Positions 28,495 through 38,477 of a stretch of DNA of 64,000 nt are shown piece after piece. The notes beneath the pieces were generated by a model that saw nothing but the letters and a program-made list of their open reading frames with translations, searched no databases and was not told the DNA's origin. Source of the DNA: Acidimicrobiales bacterium (GTDB taxonomy: Bacteria > Actinomycetota > Acidimicrobiia > Acidimicrobiales > Aldehydirespiratoraceae); NCBI GenBank assembly GCA_049437325.1, contig JBMTIM010000010.1:57-64056 (forward strand). The letters are read 5' to 3'. The translations under genes and the position numbers were made by a program. Each line of letters begins with the position of its first letter. Position 1 is the stretch's first letter.

Positions 28495-30771
28495 TCACTG
28501 CTGGGCCCACTCGCGCTTGGCCATGGCGTCGTCGGCCTCGGGGTCTCGGCCTCCGGGAAGCTGGACGGTGACGTCGTGCAAGGTTCCGGAGAAGGCGAAC
28601 GGGGCGTGGTACCGGCCCGAGACGGATGAGCCATGATCGTTGCCGATGCTCACACCGGTCGACGTGAACGACACGAGGTACTGCGGGATCTCGGCCCGAC
28701 CGCAGGGTTCACCATTGATCGAGACTTCCAGCCAGCCACTTCGACCGTCACGCTCCAAGTGGACACCCAGCACGCAGTCCCCGCCGGGAACCTCTGCGCT
28801 CGACTCCACCACGGTGTGTTCGCCGAACGCGTTGTAGTCGGCCACAAGCCGTCGGTTCTGCACGAACAGCGAGAAGCCACAGGTTGCGTTGCCGGTGGCG
28901 ATGAGCACGCCTTCGTCGGTGGCTGCAGCGGACGTTCGCGCCGTCACATCGACCTGGGAGTCGGTCAACGACGCGGCGGTGCGGGTTGGGATGGGGGTCA
29001 TCGGTGGGCGATAGGTGTAGCGCCGCGTCGGTCGGTGGATCTCGTGATCACCGATCCGCGGGATGAACAGTTCGAGCCGTCGCTCGTCGAGCGGCAGCAC
29101 GTTGTGCGCCACCGCCTCCTCCCACCACAGTTCGATCAACCGAGCGAGTCGCTCGGGTTCAGCTTCGGCGAGGTCGTTGCATTCGGACGGATCAGCGGAA
29201 AGGTCGAACAGTTCCCAGCGGTCGTCGTCAAACGCGGTACCGGGCTTGTGACGGGTGACCGCTTTCCACCAGACGCCGTCGAGTTCGGTGACCAGCGCCC
29301 GGTTTCCACCGAACTCGAAGTACTGCCTCGTGTTGGTCGCAGGCGAGTGGGCGTCGACGAGCACCGAGGCGAACGAGTGACCGCTCACCGGCAGCTGTTC
29401 AACACCCCGGTAGGTGTCCGGCGGGGTGATCCCCAGGAGTTCGTAGATCGTCGGCACGATGTCGGACACGTACGCAAACTGGTCGCGCTTGGTGCCAGCA
29501 TGGTCGTCACCGAGACCTGTCGGCCAATGCACGATCATCGGCACGTGGACCCCGCCCTCATGGGTCAGCGTCTTGTACCAGCGGAACGGCGAGTTGCCGC
29601 ACTGGGCCCACCCCCACGGGTAGTTGGTGTGGCTACCGGGGCGACCGATGTCGTCGATGCGCTCGATCGCTTCTTCGGCGGGCTGGTGCAGCCCGTTGAA
29701 GTGGCGGAACTCGTGCCAGGTCCCGGCGGCACCGCCCTCCTGTGAGGCGCCGTTGTCGGTGAGCAGAACGAGGATCGTGTTGTCGAGCTCGTCCATGTCG
29801 CGCAGCCCGTCGACGAACCGGCCGATCTGGTCGTCGGTGTGGTCGAGAAAGGCAGCGAACGCCTCCTGCAGTCGTGCGGCGAATCGCTGCTGTGCCTCGG
29901 AGAGGTCCTCCCATGCCTCCACGCCGGGGTTGCGGGGCGCAAGCATGGTGTCTGGGTCGATCACGCCGAGTTCGATCTGGCGGTCGAACCACTGCTTGCG
30001 GACGACGTCCCAGCCGGCGTCGTAGCGGCCCCGGTACTTCTCGAGGTACTCGTCGGGCGCCTGATGGGGTGCATGCGTTGCCCCGAACGGCAGGTACGCG
30101 AAGAACGGACGATCCGGGCGCAGACCCTTGTTGTCGTTGATCATCAACAACAGCTGATCGACCAAGTCTTCAGACAGGTGGTACCCCTCCTCCGGAGTCG
30201 CCGGCGGATCGATGTGGGTGTTGTCGCGAACCAATTCTGGATGAAACTGATCGGTCTCGCCCGGGAGGAAGCCGTAGAAACGTTCGAACCCGCGAGCCAG
30301 TGGCCACTGATCGAACGGGCCAGCAGCGGAGACATGGGTCCCAGGAGCCAGGTGCCACTTCCCGGCGCACAACGTGGCGTAGCCCTCATCACGCAGGACC
30401 TCGGCCACCGTGGCGGCAGCATTCGAGACGTGCCCGAGCGCATTCGGGAAGCCGGTGACCCACCCGGCCAGACCCCGCATACCGACCTCGTGCTGGGAGC
30501 GCCCGGTGAGCAGCGCCGCTCGTGTCGGTGAGCACACCGGCGTGACGTGGAAGTTGGTGAACTGCACGCCACCGGCCGCGAGCGCGTCGATGTTCGGCGT
30601 GTCGATGTCGGACCCGTAGCAGCCGAACTGGGCGAAGCCGGTGTCGTCCAACAGGATGAACACCACGTTCGGCGACCCCTGCTCAGGGTGGGGCGACTCC
30701 TCGAAATGGGGTTCGGAGTCCGCGAGTGTCCGGCCGATCGTTCCCTCGAAGCCGTCGGTGGGCGAAGCCAT
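28495..30771 (-). CDS. Arylsulfatase (Cys-type), copy 2
   Basis: CSPTRAALLTGR; colinear and highly similar to 3814..6078. Confidence 0.95.
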   Translation of the reverse strand: MASPTDGFEGTIGRTLADSEPHFEESPHPEQGSPNVVFILLDDTGFAQFGCYGSDIDTPNIDALAAGGVQFTNFHVTPVCSPTRAALLTGRSQHEVGMRGLAGWVTGFPNALGHVSNAAATVAEVLRDEGYATLCAGKWHLAPGTHVSAAGPFDQWPLARGFERFYGFLPGETDQFHPELVRDNTHIDPPATPEEGYHLSEDLVDQLLLMINDNKGLRPDRPFFAYLPFGATHAPHQAPDEYLEKYRGRYDAGWDVVRKQWFDRQIELGVIDPDTMLAPRNPGVEAWEDLSEAQQRFAARLQEAFAAFLDHTDDQIGRFVDGLRDMDELDNTILVLLTDNGASQEGGAAGTWHEFRHFNGLHQPAEEAIERIDDIGRPGSHTNYPWGWAQCGNSPFRWYKTLTHEGGVHVPMIVHWPTGLGDDHAGTKRDQFAYVSDIVPTIYELLGITPPDTYRGVEQLPVSGHSFASVLVDAHSPATNTRQYFEFGGNRALVTELDGVWWKAVTRHKPGTAFDDDRWELFDLSADPSECNDLAEAEPERLARLIELWWEEAVAHNVLPLDERRLELFIPRIGDHEIHRPTRRYTYRPPMTPIPTRTAASLTDSQVDVTARTSAAATDEGVLIATGNATCGFSLFVQNRRLVADYNAFGEHTVVESSAEVPGGDCVLGVHLERDGRSGWLEVSINGEPCGRAEIPQYLVSFTSTGVSIGNDHGSSVSGRYHAPFAFSGTLHDVTVQLPGGRDPEADDAMAKREWAQQ

Positions 30772-30784
30772 TGCTTGTGTCTCC

Positions 30785-30883
30785 TCAGACCGTGATGGTG
30801 GTCAGCTCGTCACCGACGATGATCTCATCGCCGACCTGCGCGGTCGTCCGTGCGACCCACGCTGAATACTGCTGGGGTTGGGG
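30785..30883 (-). pseudogene. 3' remnant of an RNase Z/AtsA-like MBL hydrolase gene
   Basis: Translates PQPQQYSAWVARTTAQVGDEIIVGDELTTITV*, matching the C-terminus of 6114..6935 (PQPADYPDWIARAAAFFDGEVVIGDDLTTVTI*), in the same position relative to the sulfatase. Confidence 0.8.
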
Positions 30884-30940
30884 ATGTCCCTGAGGAACTC
30901 GTTCCGCTCAAGGTCACGTCCATCCGTTTGACCCTAGCAG

Positions 30941-30954
30941 TGTATTTTCATACA
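30941..30954. promoter_or_regulatory. AT-rich palindrome, candidate TetR operator
   Basis: TGTAT-TTTC-ATACA between divergent sulfatase genes; a TetR gene closes the rightward operon. Confidence 0.45.
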
Positions 30955-30966
30955 ATGCGAAATTAT

Positions 30967-32220
30967 ATGACGAGTGAAACGCCGGCCCCTGCGGCCCGGC
31001 CACGGAGACCGCCGATGAGCGTCCCGGTGACCGACGGTGTCTGGATGCTCGCTGCACAGGGCAACGCCTTCGCAGTCGAAACCGTCGAAGGCGTCGTGCT
31101 CGTCGACACCGGACGGGGCGGGAACATGACCGAGAGGATGATTGCCGAGCTGCGGCGGCTCACCGATGCGCCCGTCTGGGCCATTTGCTATTCCCACGGC
31201 CATGTCGGCTACAACGTCGGCGTTCCCCAGTGGCTCGAACACAACGCGCAGCGCGGTGATGCGCCGCCTCGGGTCATCGCCCATCGCAACCTTCCGGTCC
31301 GGTATGCCCGCTACCGCGAGACCGAGGGCTACCAAGCGATCCTCAACGAGATGCAGTTCCCGGGAATTGGCGCCCTGTTCGACCCGCTCAAGATCGATCC
31401 CACCGAGACCTTCGACGACCATCTTGTCCTCTCCGAGTCGCCCCGAGTCGAACTGCTGTGGACTCCGTCGGAGACCGACGACGCGATCTCGATGTGGCTT
31501 CCGGAAAGCCGAACGCTGTACACCGGCCCGGCGGTACCCGCCGACTTCATCCCGAACGTCGGCACCCCGCAGCGGTCCCTGCGTCTCACCAGCCGCTGGG
31601 CCGACACACTCGACCGACTGATCGGGTTGCGTCCCGAGATCCTCGTCATCGAGTTCGGTCCATTCGTGACCGGCGAGGACCTCATCCACGAACGGCTGAC
31701 CACCACCGTCGACGCCCTTCGCTGGCTACGGCGTGAGGTCGTCGAGCGACTCAACCGCGGCCTGAGCGAGCGCGACATCCTCGCCGATCTCGACTACCCC
31801 GACGAGGTGTTCGGCTACCCGTGGCTGACCTGGGCCTACGGCAGCCCCGAATACATCGTGCGCGACATCGTCCGCGAGGAGAGCGGATGGTGGGATCGCA
31901 ACCCGACGACTCTGCATCCATCGCCCCCAGCCGATGTCGCCCGAGCGACGTTCGATGCCATTGCCGATCCCGACGCCGTGATTGCGCAAGCAGAGGCCCT
32001 GGCCGCCGAAGGTAACCCGCAACTGGCCATGCACGTGATCGACCTCGTTGCGCTGGGTCCCGACGACGAACCGGCGGTGACCCGAGCCCGCTCGATCAAG
32101 GCCGACTTGTGCCGGGCCCGGTCGAAACAGATCGACCCTCTCCCAAGCAAGGGCCTCTACAAATCGAGCGGCATCCGGCTCAAGCAGGGAATCGTGTCGT
32201 GGGAGGGCGTGGTCGAATGA
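30967..32220 (+). CDS. Alkyl sulfatase (SdsA-like) MBL-fold protein with dimerization domain and variant metal motif
   Basis: VLVDTG, YSHGHVGY, SETDD, PNVGTP, GWWDRNPTTLHP. Confidence 0.8.
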   Translation: MTSETPAPAARPRRPPMSVPVTDGVWMLAAQGNAFAVETVEGVVLVDTGRGGNMTERMIAELRRLTDAPVWAICYSHGHVGYNVGVPQWLEHNAQRGDAPPRVIAHRNLPVRYARYRETEGYQAILNEMQFPGIGALFDPLKIDPTETFDDHLVLSESPRVELLWTPSETDDAISMWLPESRTLYTGPAVPADFIPNVGTPQRSLRLTSRWADTLDRLIGLRPEILVIEFGPFVTGEDLIHERLTTTVDALRWLRREVVERLNRGLSERDILADLDYPDEVFGYPWLTWAYGSPEYIVRDIVREESGWWDRNPTTLHPSPPADVARATFDAIADPDAVIAQAEALAAEGNPQLAMHVIDLVALGPDDEPAVTRARSIKADLCRARSKQIDPLPSKGLYKSSGIRLKQGIVSWEGVVE

Positions 32221-33653
32221 CGAACCAGAAGCCGAACCTGCTGCTGCTGTATGCCGATCAGCACCGCGCCGACGTGATGGGTTGCGCCGGTAACGACGTC
32301 GTTGTCACGCCGCATCTCGATCGCCTTGCGGCCGAAGGGGTGCGGTTCGACCAGGCATGGACCGAGAGCCCCATCTGCCAGCCGGCACGCGCCTCGCTGT
32401 TGACCGGTCGGTTCCCGAGCGAACACGGGGTGCTCGGGAACTTTGCCGGCGACTGCCGGCCAGACTGGGACATCTTCCCCCGCCGGCTTCAGCAGGCTGG
32501 CTACACGACGGCATCGATCGGCAAGACCCATTTCGACTCATGGCCGATGGGCGCCGAACCCGGTACGCCGCCACCGACCGAAGAATGGATCAGCAGCTTC
32601 GGCTTCGATCATGTGGTGGAGGAGTTCGACAGATATGTGCACCTCTTCGACATCGACACGCCGTACATGACGTTCCTGCGCGAACACGGCGCACTCGAGC
32701 CGTACCAGGACGTGATCCGTGACAACTTCCGGGGCGGCGACAAGCACTGGAACGGTGTCACCTCTCCACTCCCCCAGGAGCTCGATCTCACCAGCTTCCT
32801 GGCCGACGAAGCGGAGCGCTGGCTCGCGGCGCGGCCGGCCGATCAGCCGTGGTTCCTCCAACTCTCGTTCGTGCAACCGCACGTGCCCCTGATCGGCGAT
32901 CCGATCTGGGCCGACCACTACGCCGACGCGATGATCGAGCGCACCGCTCGGGCCGAACCGGTCATGAGCACCGAGGCGTGGGGAACGCACCTGTCCTTCT
33001 GCCGCAGGCACTCGCACAGCGAGCTCTTGACCGACGACTTCGTGTTGGCCGGGGCCCGCCAGTACTACGCCATGGTGTCGCTCATCGATCAACGTATCGG
33101 TGCCATCCTCGCCCAGCTCGACGCCCAGGGTCAGCTCGACAACACGTGGGTCGTGTACTGCGCCGACCATGGCGAGATGCTCGGCGATCACGGCTTGATG
33201 GCGAAGATGAACTTCTACCGCTCCTCGGTTCGGGTCCCGCTGATCGTGCGACCGCCCGGGGGAGCCGGCACCCGCAGCGGGCATGTCGTGTCGGCACCGG
33301 TCCAGGCCTTCGATGTCGCCGCAACCCTGCTCGAGGCGGGTGACGCCGACCCACTCGACAGGGCTCCGGCCCGGTCACTGTTGCCCTTCGTAACCGGCGA
33401 TGGTGATGCCGACCGCATCCACGCAATCAGCATGATCCGCATGCGTCCCGGCACCCCGACCTGGCACGCCATCACCGACGGGCACTGGCGCGCCACCTTC
33501 AACGCCGATACCGGCGAGCCGAGCGAGTTGTTCGACCTCACCACCGATCCGGACGAAGCAACCAACCTGGTTCAAGATCGAAATGACGGCGAAACCTTGG
33601 CAACGCTGGATGCAGTGCTCACAGCCACCCTCGGCGGTCATGCAGACCTCTGA
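32217..33653 (+). CDS. Sulfatase (choline-sulfatase-like, Cys-type)
   Basis: KPNLLLLYADQHR, CQPARASLLTGR, GKTH, ADHGEMLGDHG. Confidence 0.93.
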   Translation: MTNQKPNLLLLYADQHRADVMGCAGNDVVVTPHLDRLAAEGVRFDQAWTESPICQPARASLLTGRFPSEHGVLGNFAGDCRPDWDIFPRRLQQAGYTTASIGKTHFDSWPMGAEPGTPPPTEEWISSFGFDHVVEEFDRYVHLFDIDTPYMTFLREHGALEPYQDVIRDNFRGGDKHWNGVTSPLPQELDLTSFLADEAERWLAARPADQPWFLQLSFVQPHVPLIGDPIWADHYADAMIERTARAEPVMSTEAWGTHLSFCRRHSHSELLTDDFVLAGARQYYAMVSLIDQRIGAILAQLDAQGQLDNTWVVYCADHGEMLGDHGLMAKMNFYRSSVRVPLIVRPPGGAGTRSGHVVSAPVQAFDVAATLLEAGDADPLDRAPARSLLPFVTGDGDADRIHAISMIRMRPGTPTWHAITDGHWRATFNADTGEPSELFDLTTDPDEATNLVQDRNDGETLATLDAVLTATLGGHADL

Positions 33654-34227
33654 GGACGGGCGGGTGGCGCGAGGCCAACGCACCCGAGAGGCCATCATCA
33701 GCGCACTGTTCGAGCTCTACCGCGAAGGGAACCTCACACCCACCATCGAACAGATCGCAGAGCGGGTCGGCCGCACGACCCGTGCGATCTATCAGCACTT
33801 CCAGGACAAGGAAGCCTTAGCGGTGGCGATGGCCGAGCGACAGCTCGAAGCCCATGCCGAGCTGTACCGTGCCGCCCCGATCGAAGGTGATCTCGATCGA
33901 CGCATCAGCGGCATCGTCGATCATCGATCGGTGCTCTTCGAGGCGGTCGCTCCCGCTCGCCGTTCGGCGCTCATCCAGCTTCACACCTCTCCGGAACTCC
34001 AACGACAACAAACAGGACTGGCTGCTCACTTCCGCAACCAGCTCGCCACGACATTCGAGCCCGAACTCTGCCTGCTCGAACCAGACGCAGCCACAGACAT
34101 CCTCGACCTGCTCGACCTGCACACCAGCTGGGAGACGTGGGAACGACTTCGCACCTGGCAACGCCTGCCCGTCGACCGGACTGAACGGCTTGTCACCATC
34201 CTCGTCACGAGCGCGGTCACACCCTGA
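33640..34227 (+). CDS. TetR family regulator
   Basis: DGRVARGQRTREAII...PTIEQIAERVGRTTRAIYQHF. Confidence 0.92.
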   Translation: MQTSEDGRVARGQRTREAIISALFELYREGNLTPTIEQIAERVGRTTRAIYQHFQDKEALAVAMAERQLEAHAELYRAAPIEGDLDRRISGIVDHRSVLFEAVAPARRSALIQLHTSPELQRQQTGLAAHFRNQLATTFEPELCLLEPDAATDILDLLDLHTSWETWERLRTWQRLPVDRTERLVTILVTSAVTP

Positions 34228-34298
34228 CTGCGCCCGGCCTGGGGGCAGCTAGCTCCATCCCGTCCGAACGTCGATGCTCATCGGCGATCATCTGCGTG

Positions 34299-34928
34299 TC
34301 AGGAGACGTCCGAACGCAACGCCTCAGCGGCCAAAAGTCGGTCGTAGTCGTCCCTGGTATCGACATCGAGTGGCACGTCGGCGTCGACCGCAACCGTGGC
34401 AGATTCGAACAGGCCGGACTCGAGCAGCTTCCACACAGCCTTGTCACCGTGCAGGCCCCGCAGCGCGTCGAACACCGAGCGTGCGAACCAGAACGGGTGA
34501 CCAGCTCCGTTGCGATACCCCACGACAGCGATCTCGGTGGCTGTGGCGGTGAGCAACGCCTCGACAGTCGATGAAGCCACATCGGGCTGATCGCCGAGGA
34601 ACAGGAGAAAACCATCGGCGGCAGCGTCGATCGCAGCCAGCGCGGCAACAATCGACGAGGAGCAACCCTCGGTGTGATGGACGCTGTCGACCACGCAGCA
34701 GCCGGTGAGATCGACCGTCTCGCGAACCTCGGGTGCAGCGCCCCCGAGTGCCACGATCGTCTGTGAGAGGCCGAAGGAGCGCACCCGGTCGAGGGTCGCA
34801 TCGAGGAGCGTTGCGCCACGGAACGGCAGCAACTGCTTTGGTTCTCCCAACCGACGCGAGGAACCGGCTGCGAGCACAACGGCGGCGACCCGAAGGTCTC
34901 CCGTCTCGACGAAGCCCGCCTCACCCAT
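34299..34928 (-). CDS. mocA: Molybdenum cofactor cytidylyltransferase (MocA-like NTP transferase)
   Basis: VVLAAGSSRRLGEPKQLL, LGDQP, GHPFWF, GDK, DVDT; adjacent to the CODH genes. Confidence 0.82.
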   Translation of the reverse strand: MGEAGFVETGDLRVAAVVLAAGSSRRLGEPKQLLPFRGATLLDATLDRVRSFGLSQTIVALGGAAPEVRETVDLTGCCVVDSVHHTEGCSSSIVAALAAIDAAADGFLLFLGDQPDVASSTVEALLTATATEIAVVGYRNGAGHPFWFARSVFDALRGLHGDKAVWKLLESGLFESATVAVDADVPLDVDTRDDYDRLLAAEALRSDVS

Positions 34929-34961
34929 GCGGGCCAGAGTACCGGCCGCTACGGTGACGCC

Positions 34962-35837
34962 GTGTACGCCATTGCCGTCAGCGTGGCCGCGTGCCTTCGA
35001 GGCGGCACGCGGGTCGATGTGGCCTGGAATCTCGACCCTGGGCTCACACCGCAGTTCGATCCCAATGACGCCGTCGCCCTCACACCGGGCGGGGGACGCC
35101 TCGGCGGGCTGCTCGGCGGTGCGTTCGACAGCCGGTTGATCGAGGCCGCAGCAGCGAAACCGACCACGGGGAAAGTGATCGACGTCGAGTGCACTGCCAT
35201 CGAAGCGTCCGTGCTCGGGGTCGAGACCGGCGCCCAGCTTCGACTCATGCTCGCCCCCGCCGACACACTGCCGAGCGCGCTGTGGGACCACTTGCTGGAG
35301 CGAGACCGGATCGGCCTTGCGTGCCACCGCACCGACAACACCATCGACGCATCGGAACTCATCGCAATCGAGGACGCCGCTCCCCCGTCGGTCGTCATCA
35401 GCGATACTGCGATCGAAACGATTTTCAGCCCCCGCACGACCCTGCTGGTGATGGGCGGTGGCCCTATGGCCGAGGCCGTCGTGCACGCCGGCGAATTCAT
35501 CGGCTGGAACGTCGTGTCGATGCCCGGGCCCGAGGCCGCAGTCGGGCTCGCTGCGACTCTCTCGTCCATCGACGGGGTCGTTGTGGTCGGCCACGACGTC
35601 GAAGCAACAGGACGGGTGCTGCAGGCTGCCTTGGGGTCGCGGGCCGGGTACATCGGCTCTCTGGGACCCGAGTCGGTGCGGTCCGCCCGCGACGACTGGC
35701 TGGCGTATCGAGGCGTGACCGAGACCGGACGAATCGCCTCGCCCGCAGGCCTGCCAATCGGTGCGAAAGCTCCCCGCGAAGTTGGGATTGCGGTGATCGC
35801 CGACATGATCGCCCGCCACGCCCGGGGTCCGGCCTGA
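34962..35837 (+). CDS. XdhC/CoxI family accessory protein
   Basis: YIGSLG, SPAGLPIGAKAPREVGIAVIADMI XdhC C-terminal motif. Confidence 0.85.
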   Translation: MYAIAVSVAACLRGGTRVDVAWNLDPGLTPQFDPNDAVALTPGGGRLGGLLGGAFDSRLIEAAAAKPTTGKVIDVECTAIEASVLGVETGAQLRLMLAPADTLPSALWDHLLERDRIGLACHRTDNTIDASELIAIEDAAPPSVVISDTAIETIFSPRTTLLVMGGGPMAEAVVHAGEFIGWNVVSMPGPEAAVGLAATLSSIDGVVVVGHDVEATGRVLQAALGSRAGYIGSLGPESVRSARDDWLAYRGVTETGRIASPAGLPIGAKAPREVGIAVIADMIARHARGPA

Positions 35838-35881
35838 GTCGCAGGTGGGTCTGGACCCCCCCTGGCATCTACACTCGCCTC

Positions 35882-36127
35882 ATGTCACTCTCCGACGAGT
35901 CCAGCCTCGATCCGGTCTGGAAGACCGACGAGATCCTCGGCATCGACCCCGATTGCAGCCCAACCAAGGTGTGCCGCAATGCCCGGGACTTCACGTTCGA
36001 CGGCATCACCGAGGGCGATGAAGACCTCGCAACCGCATGGAAGCGCATCCTCGTGACCGAGGGTAAGGCCGCACCCGAGGGCGGTAGCCTCGGCGATCTC
36101 GTACTCAGCCCACCCGCCGACGACTGA
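35882..36127 (+). CDS. Small acidic hypothetical protein in the cox accessory cluster
   Basis: 81 aa; TACACT -10 box 6 nt before the ATG; fills the gap between xdhC and coxD. Confidence 0.65.
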   Translation: MSLSDESSLDPVWKTDEILGIDPDCSPTKVCRNARDFTFDGITEGDEDLATAWKRILVTEGKAAPEGGSLGDLVLSPPADD

Positions 36128-36150
36128 GGGCGTCGGCCCCGGATACACCC

Positions 36151-37044
36151 GTGAGCGACACGAGTCCGACCCTGTCACCGTCGAGTGTCCCCGAGTTGCA
36201 GGAGCGGCTACGCGCCGAGGGGTATCTGGCTGGCCGCGGCCTCGCCACCGCAGCGTTCATCGGCCTTCGACTCGGTCGACCGATCCTTCTCGAGGGTGAG
36301 GTGGGGGTTGGCAAGACCGAACTGGCCAAGTGTCTCGCGGAAATCCACGGTCGAGAACTCATCCGCCTGCAGTGCTACGAAGGTATCGACACCCAGCAGG
36401 CGCTCTACGAATGGGACTACGCCCGCCAGATGCTTCACGTGCGGGCGCTGTCGGCCCGCGAATTGAACGATTCCGAGACCACCGCAAGCCTCTACGGCAC
36501 TGATTTCCTGCTCGAACGACCACTGTTGCAAGCGATCCGTAGCGGCGGCAACGCCGTGCTCCTGATCGACGAGATCGACCGGGCCGACGACGAATTCGAA
36601 GCCTTCCTGCTCGAACTGTTGTCCGACTTCCAGATCACCATTCCCGAGATCGGTACAGTCGCCGCAGCCGAGCGGCCGATCGTCGTCCTCACCTCGAACC
36701 GGACCCGAGAACTGCACGACGCACTCAAGCGGCGGTGCCTCTACCACTGGATCGGCTTTCCATCGATTGCCGAAGAACTCGACATCGTGCGGCTTCGCGT
36801 CCCCGACGTCGCCGACACCCTTGTCGAGCAGGTGGTGAACGCCGTGCACCAGCTTCGAGACATGGACCTGGCCAAGCCGCCCGGGATCGCCGAGACCCTC
36901 GACTGGGTCGATGCACTCGGGGTGGTGGGAAGCGACAGCCTCAACATCGAGACAGCAGCCGACACGCTCGGTTCGGTGATCAAGGACCGTGACGACCTCG
37001 AGCTCGTGCATGCCGAACTCGACCGCGTCGTTGCCGATGGCTGA
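36151..37044 (+). CDS. coxD: MoxR-type AAA+ ATPase CoxD
   Basis: GEVGVGKT, RLQCYEG, LLIDEIDRAD, SNRTRELHDALKRRC. Confidence 0.9.
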   Translation: MSDTSPTLSPSSVPELQERLRAEGYLAGRGLATAAFIGLRLGRPILLEGEVGVGKTELAKCLAEIHGRELIRLQCYEGIDTQQALYEWDYARQMLHVRALSARELNDSETTASLYGTDFLLERPLLQAIRSGGNAVLLIDEIDRADDEFEAFLLELLSDFQITIPEIGTVAAAERPIVVLTSNRTRELHDALKRRCLYHWIGFPSIAEELDIVRLRVPDVADTLVEQVVNAVHQLRDMDLAKPPGIAETLDWVDALGVVGSDSLNIETAADTLGSVIKDRDDLELVHAELDRVVADG

Positions 37045-38185
37045 TCCGTCCGAACTCCCCGGCCCCGAGCGCATCGTCGACCGGCTCGTCGGTTTTGGGC
37101 ACGCCCTTCGCGATCATGGCCTCCCTGTCGGGAGCGACGACGTCCTCACCTTCTGTGCCGCAGTCGCAGAACTGTCACCGGGGGACCCCAACGACGTCTA
37201 TTGGAGCGGCCGCACCACGCTCGTGCACCGACGAGACCACCTTCCCGTCTACGACGAGGTGTTCCGCACCTACTTCCTCCACGTCCCACCCCCGAACGCT
37301 GACAGTCCGCAGGAGGAACGACCGGTTCCGCAGGGCAGCACGGGGACGCTCGACGTGCCAGACAGTGAGCCGGGAGACGAGCCCGGCGACGAACAGCCTC
37401 TGATCCTTGGCCTGCAGGCGTCGTCGGTCGACATCCAGCGCGAGAAGCGGTTCGCCACCTGCTCCCCTGAAGAACTCGCTCATCTGCGCCGGATCATGGC
37501 CCGTATTCGACTCGAGCCACCGACCCGCCGAACCCGGCGACGGACCCCCGACCCCGGGGGACCGGTCATCGACATCCGTCGAATGGCCCGCGATGCGATG
37601 CGTCTCAGCGACAGCAACCCTGCGCTTCACCGGATGGATCGCAAGCTGCGGGCTCGGCCGCTGGTACTGATTCTCGACGTCTCCGGCTCGATGGCGGACC
37701 ATTCGCGCAACCTGCTGCAGTTCGCGTACTCGATGCGACGGGCAGCGCAGAAGGTCGAGGTGTTTTGCTTCGGGACCCGTCTCACCCGCATCACGCCGGC
37801 GCTCGACCGACGCAGCCCCGACGACGCAATGCGCCTCGCTGCCGCGCGGGTGCTCGATTGGGACGGTGGGACCCGAATCGGCGCGTCGCTCGACCACTTC
37901 GTTCGCACATGGGGGCGTCGCGGTCTGAGCCGGGGCGCGACGATCGTGATCTGCTCCGATGGCCTCGACCGCGGGAGTCCGGCGCTGCTCGCCGACTCGA
38001 TGGAACGACTCCAGCGCCTCTCGCACCGCATCATCTGGATGAATCCGCTGATCGGCAACGATGTTGGCGCGTCACCCAACACCCTCGGGATGCTGGCCGC
38101 CGGTCCGTTCATCGACGAACTGGCGTCAGGACATGACCTCGCAAGTCTCGAACACTTTGCAACTCGCCTCGCTGACATCGGATGA
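37037..38185 (+). CDS. coxE: vWA domain protein CoxE
   Basis: DVSGSM MIDAS, FGTRLTRIT, WDGGTRIG, SDGLDRG, WMNP. Confidence 0.9.
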   Translation: MADPSELPGPERIVDRLVGFGHALRDHGLPVGSDDVLTFCAAVAELSPGDPNDVYWSGRTTLVHRRDHLPVYDEVFRTYFLHVPPPNADSPQEERPVPQGSTGTLDVPDSEPGDEPGDEQPLILGLQASSVDIQREKRFATCSPEELAHLRRIMARIRLEPPTRRTRRRTPDPGGPVIDIRRMARDAMRLSDSNPALHRMDRKLRARPLVLILDVSGSMADHSRNLLQFAYSMRRAAQKVEVFCFGTRLTRITPALDRRSPDDAMRLAAARVLDWDGGTRIGASLDHFVRTWGRRGLSRGATIVICSDGLDRGSPALLADSMERLQRLSHRIIWMNPLIGNDVGASPNTLGMLAAGPFIDELASGHDLASLEHFATRLADIG

Positions 38186-38192
38186 TGGAGCC

Positions 38193-38477
38193 ATGAGCAA
38201 GTGGAGCGTCTCCATCCGAGCCGAGGGTGATCGACCGGTCGAATTGCAAGAGGTGGTTGCCCTCGCAGACGCCGTGGCAAAGCTCGGTGGCATCGCGTCG
38301 GGCGTCGGTGCGATGGCATACGGCGCGCAAATCGTGGTCGATGCCGAGAATGCCGATCACGCCGTCGACCAGGCGGTGCCAGCCTTCGAGGCGGCCGTTG
38401 CCGAGGCCGAGCTCCCGGCCTGGCCAATCACCCATGCCGAGGTCGTCGGCGAGGACGAATACGATTTCGGCGAATGA
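38193..38477 (+). CDS. Hypothetical protein
   Basis: GGAG RBS, 94 aa, ATGA overlap with the next gene. Confidence 0.75.
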   Translation: MSKWSVSIRAEGDRPVELQEVVALADAVAKLGGIASGVGAMAYGAQIVVDAENADHAVDQAVPAFEAAVAEAELPAWPITHAEVVGEDEYDFGE

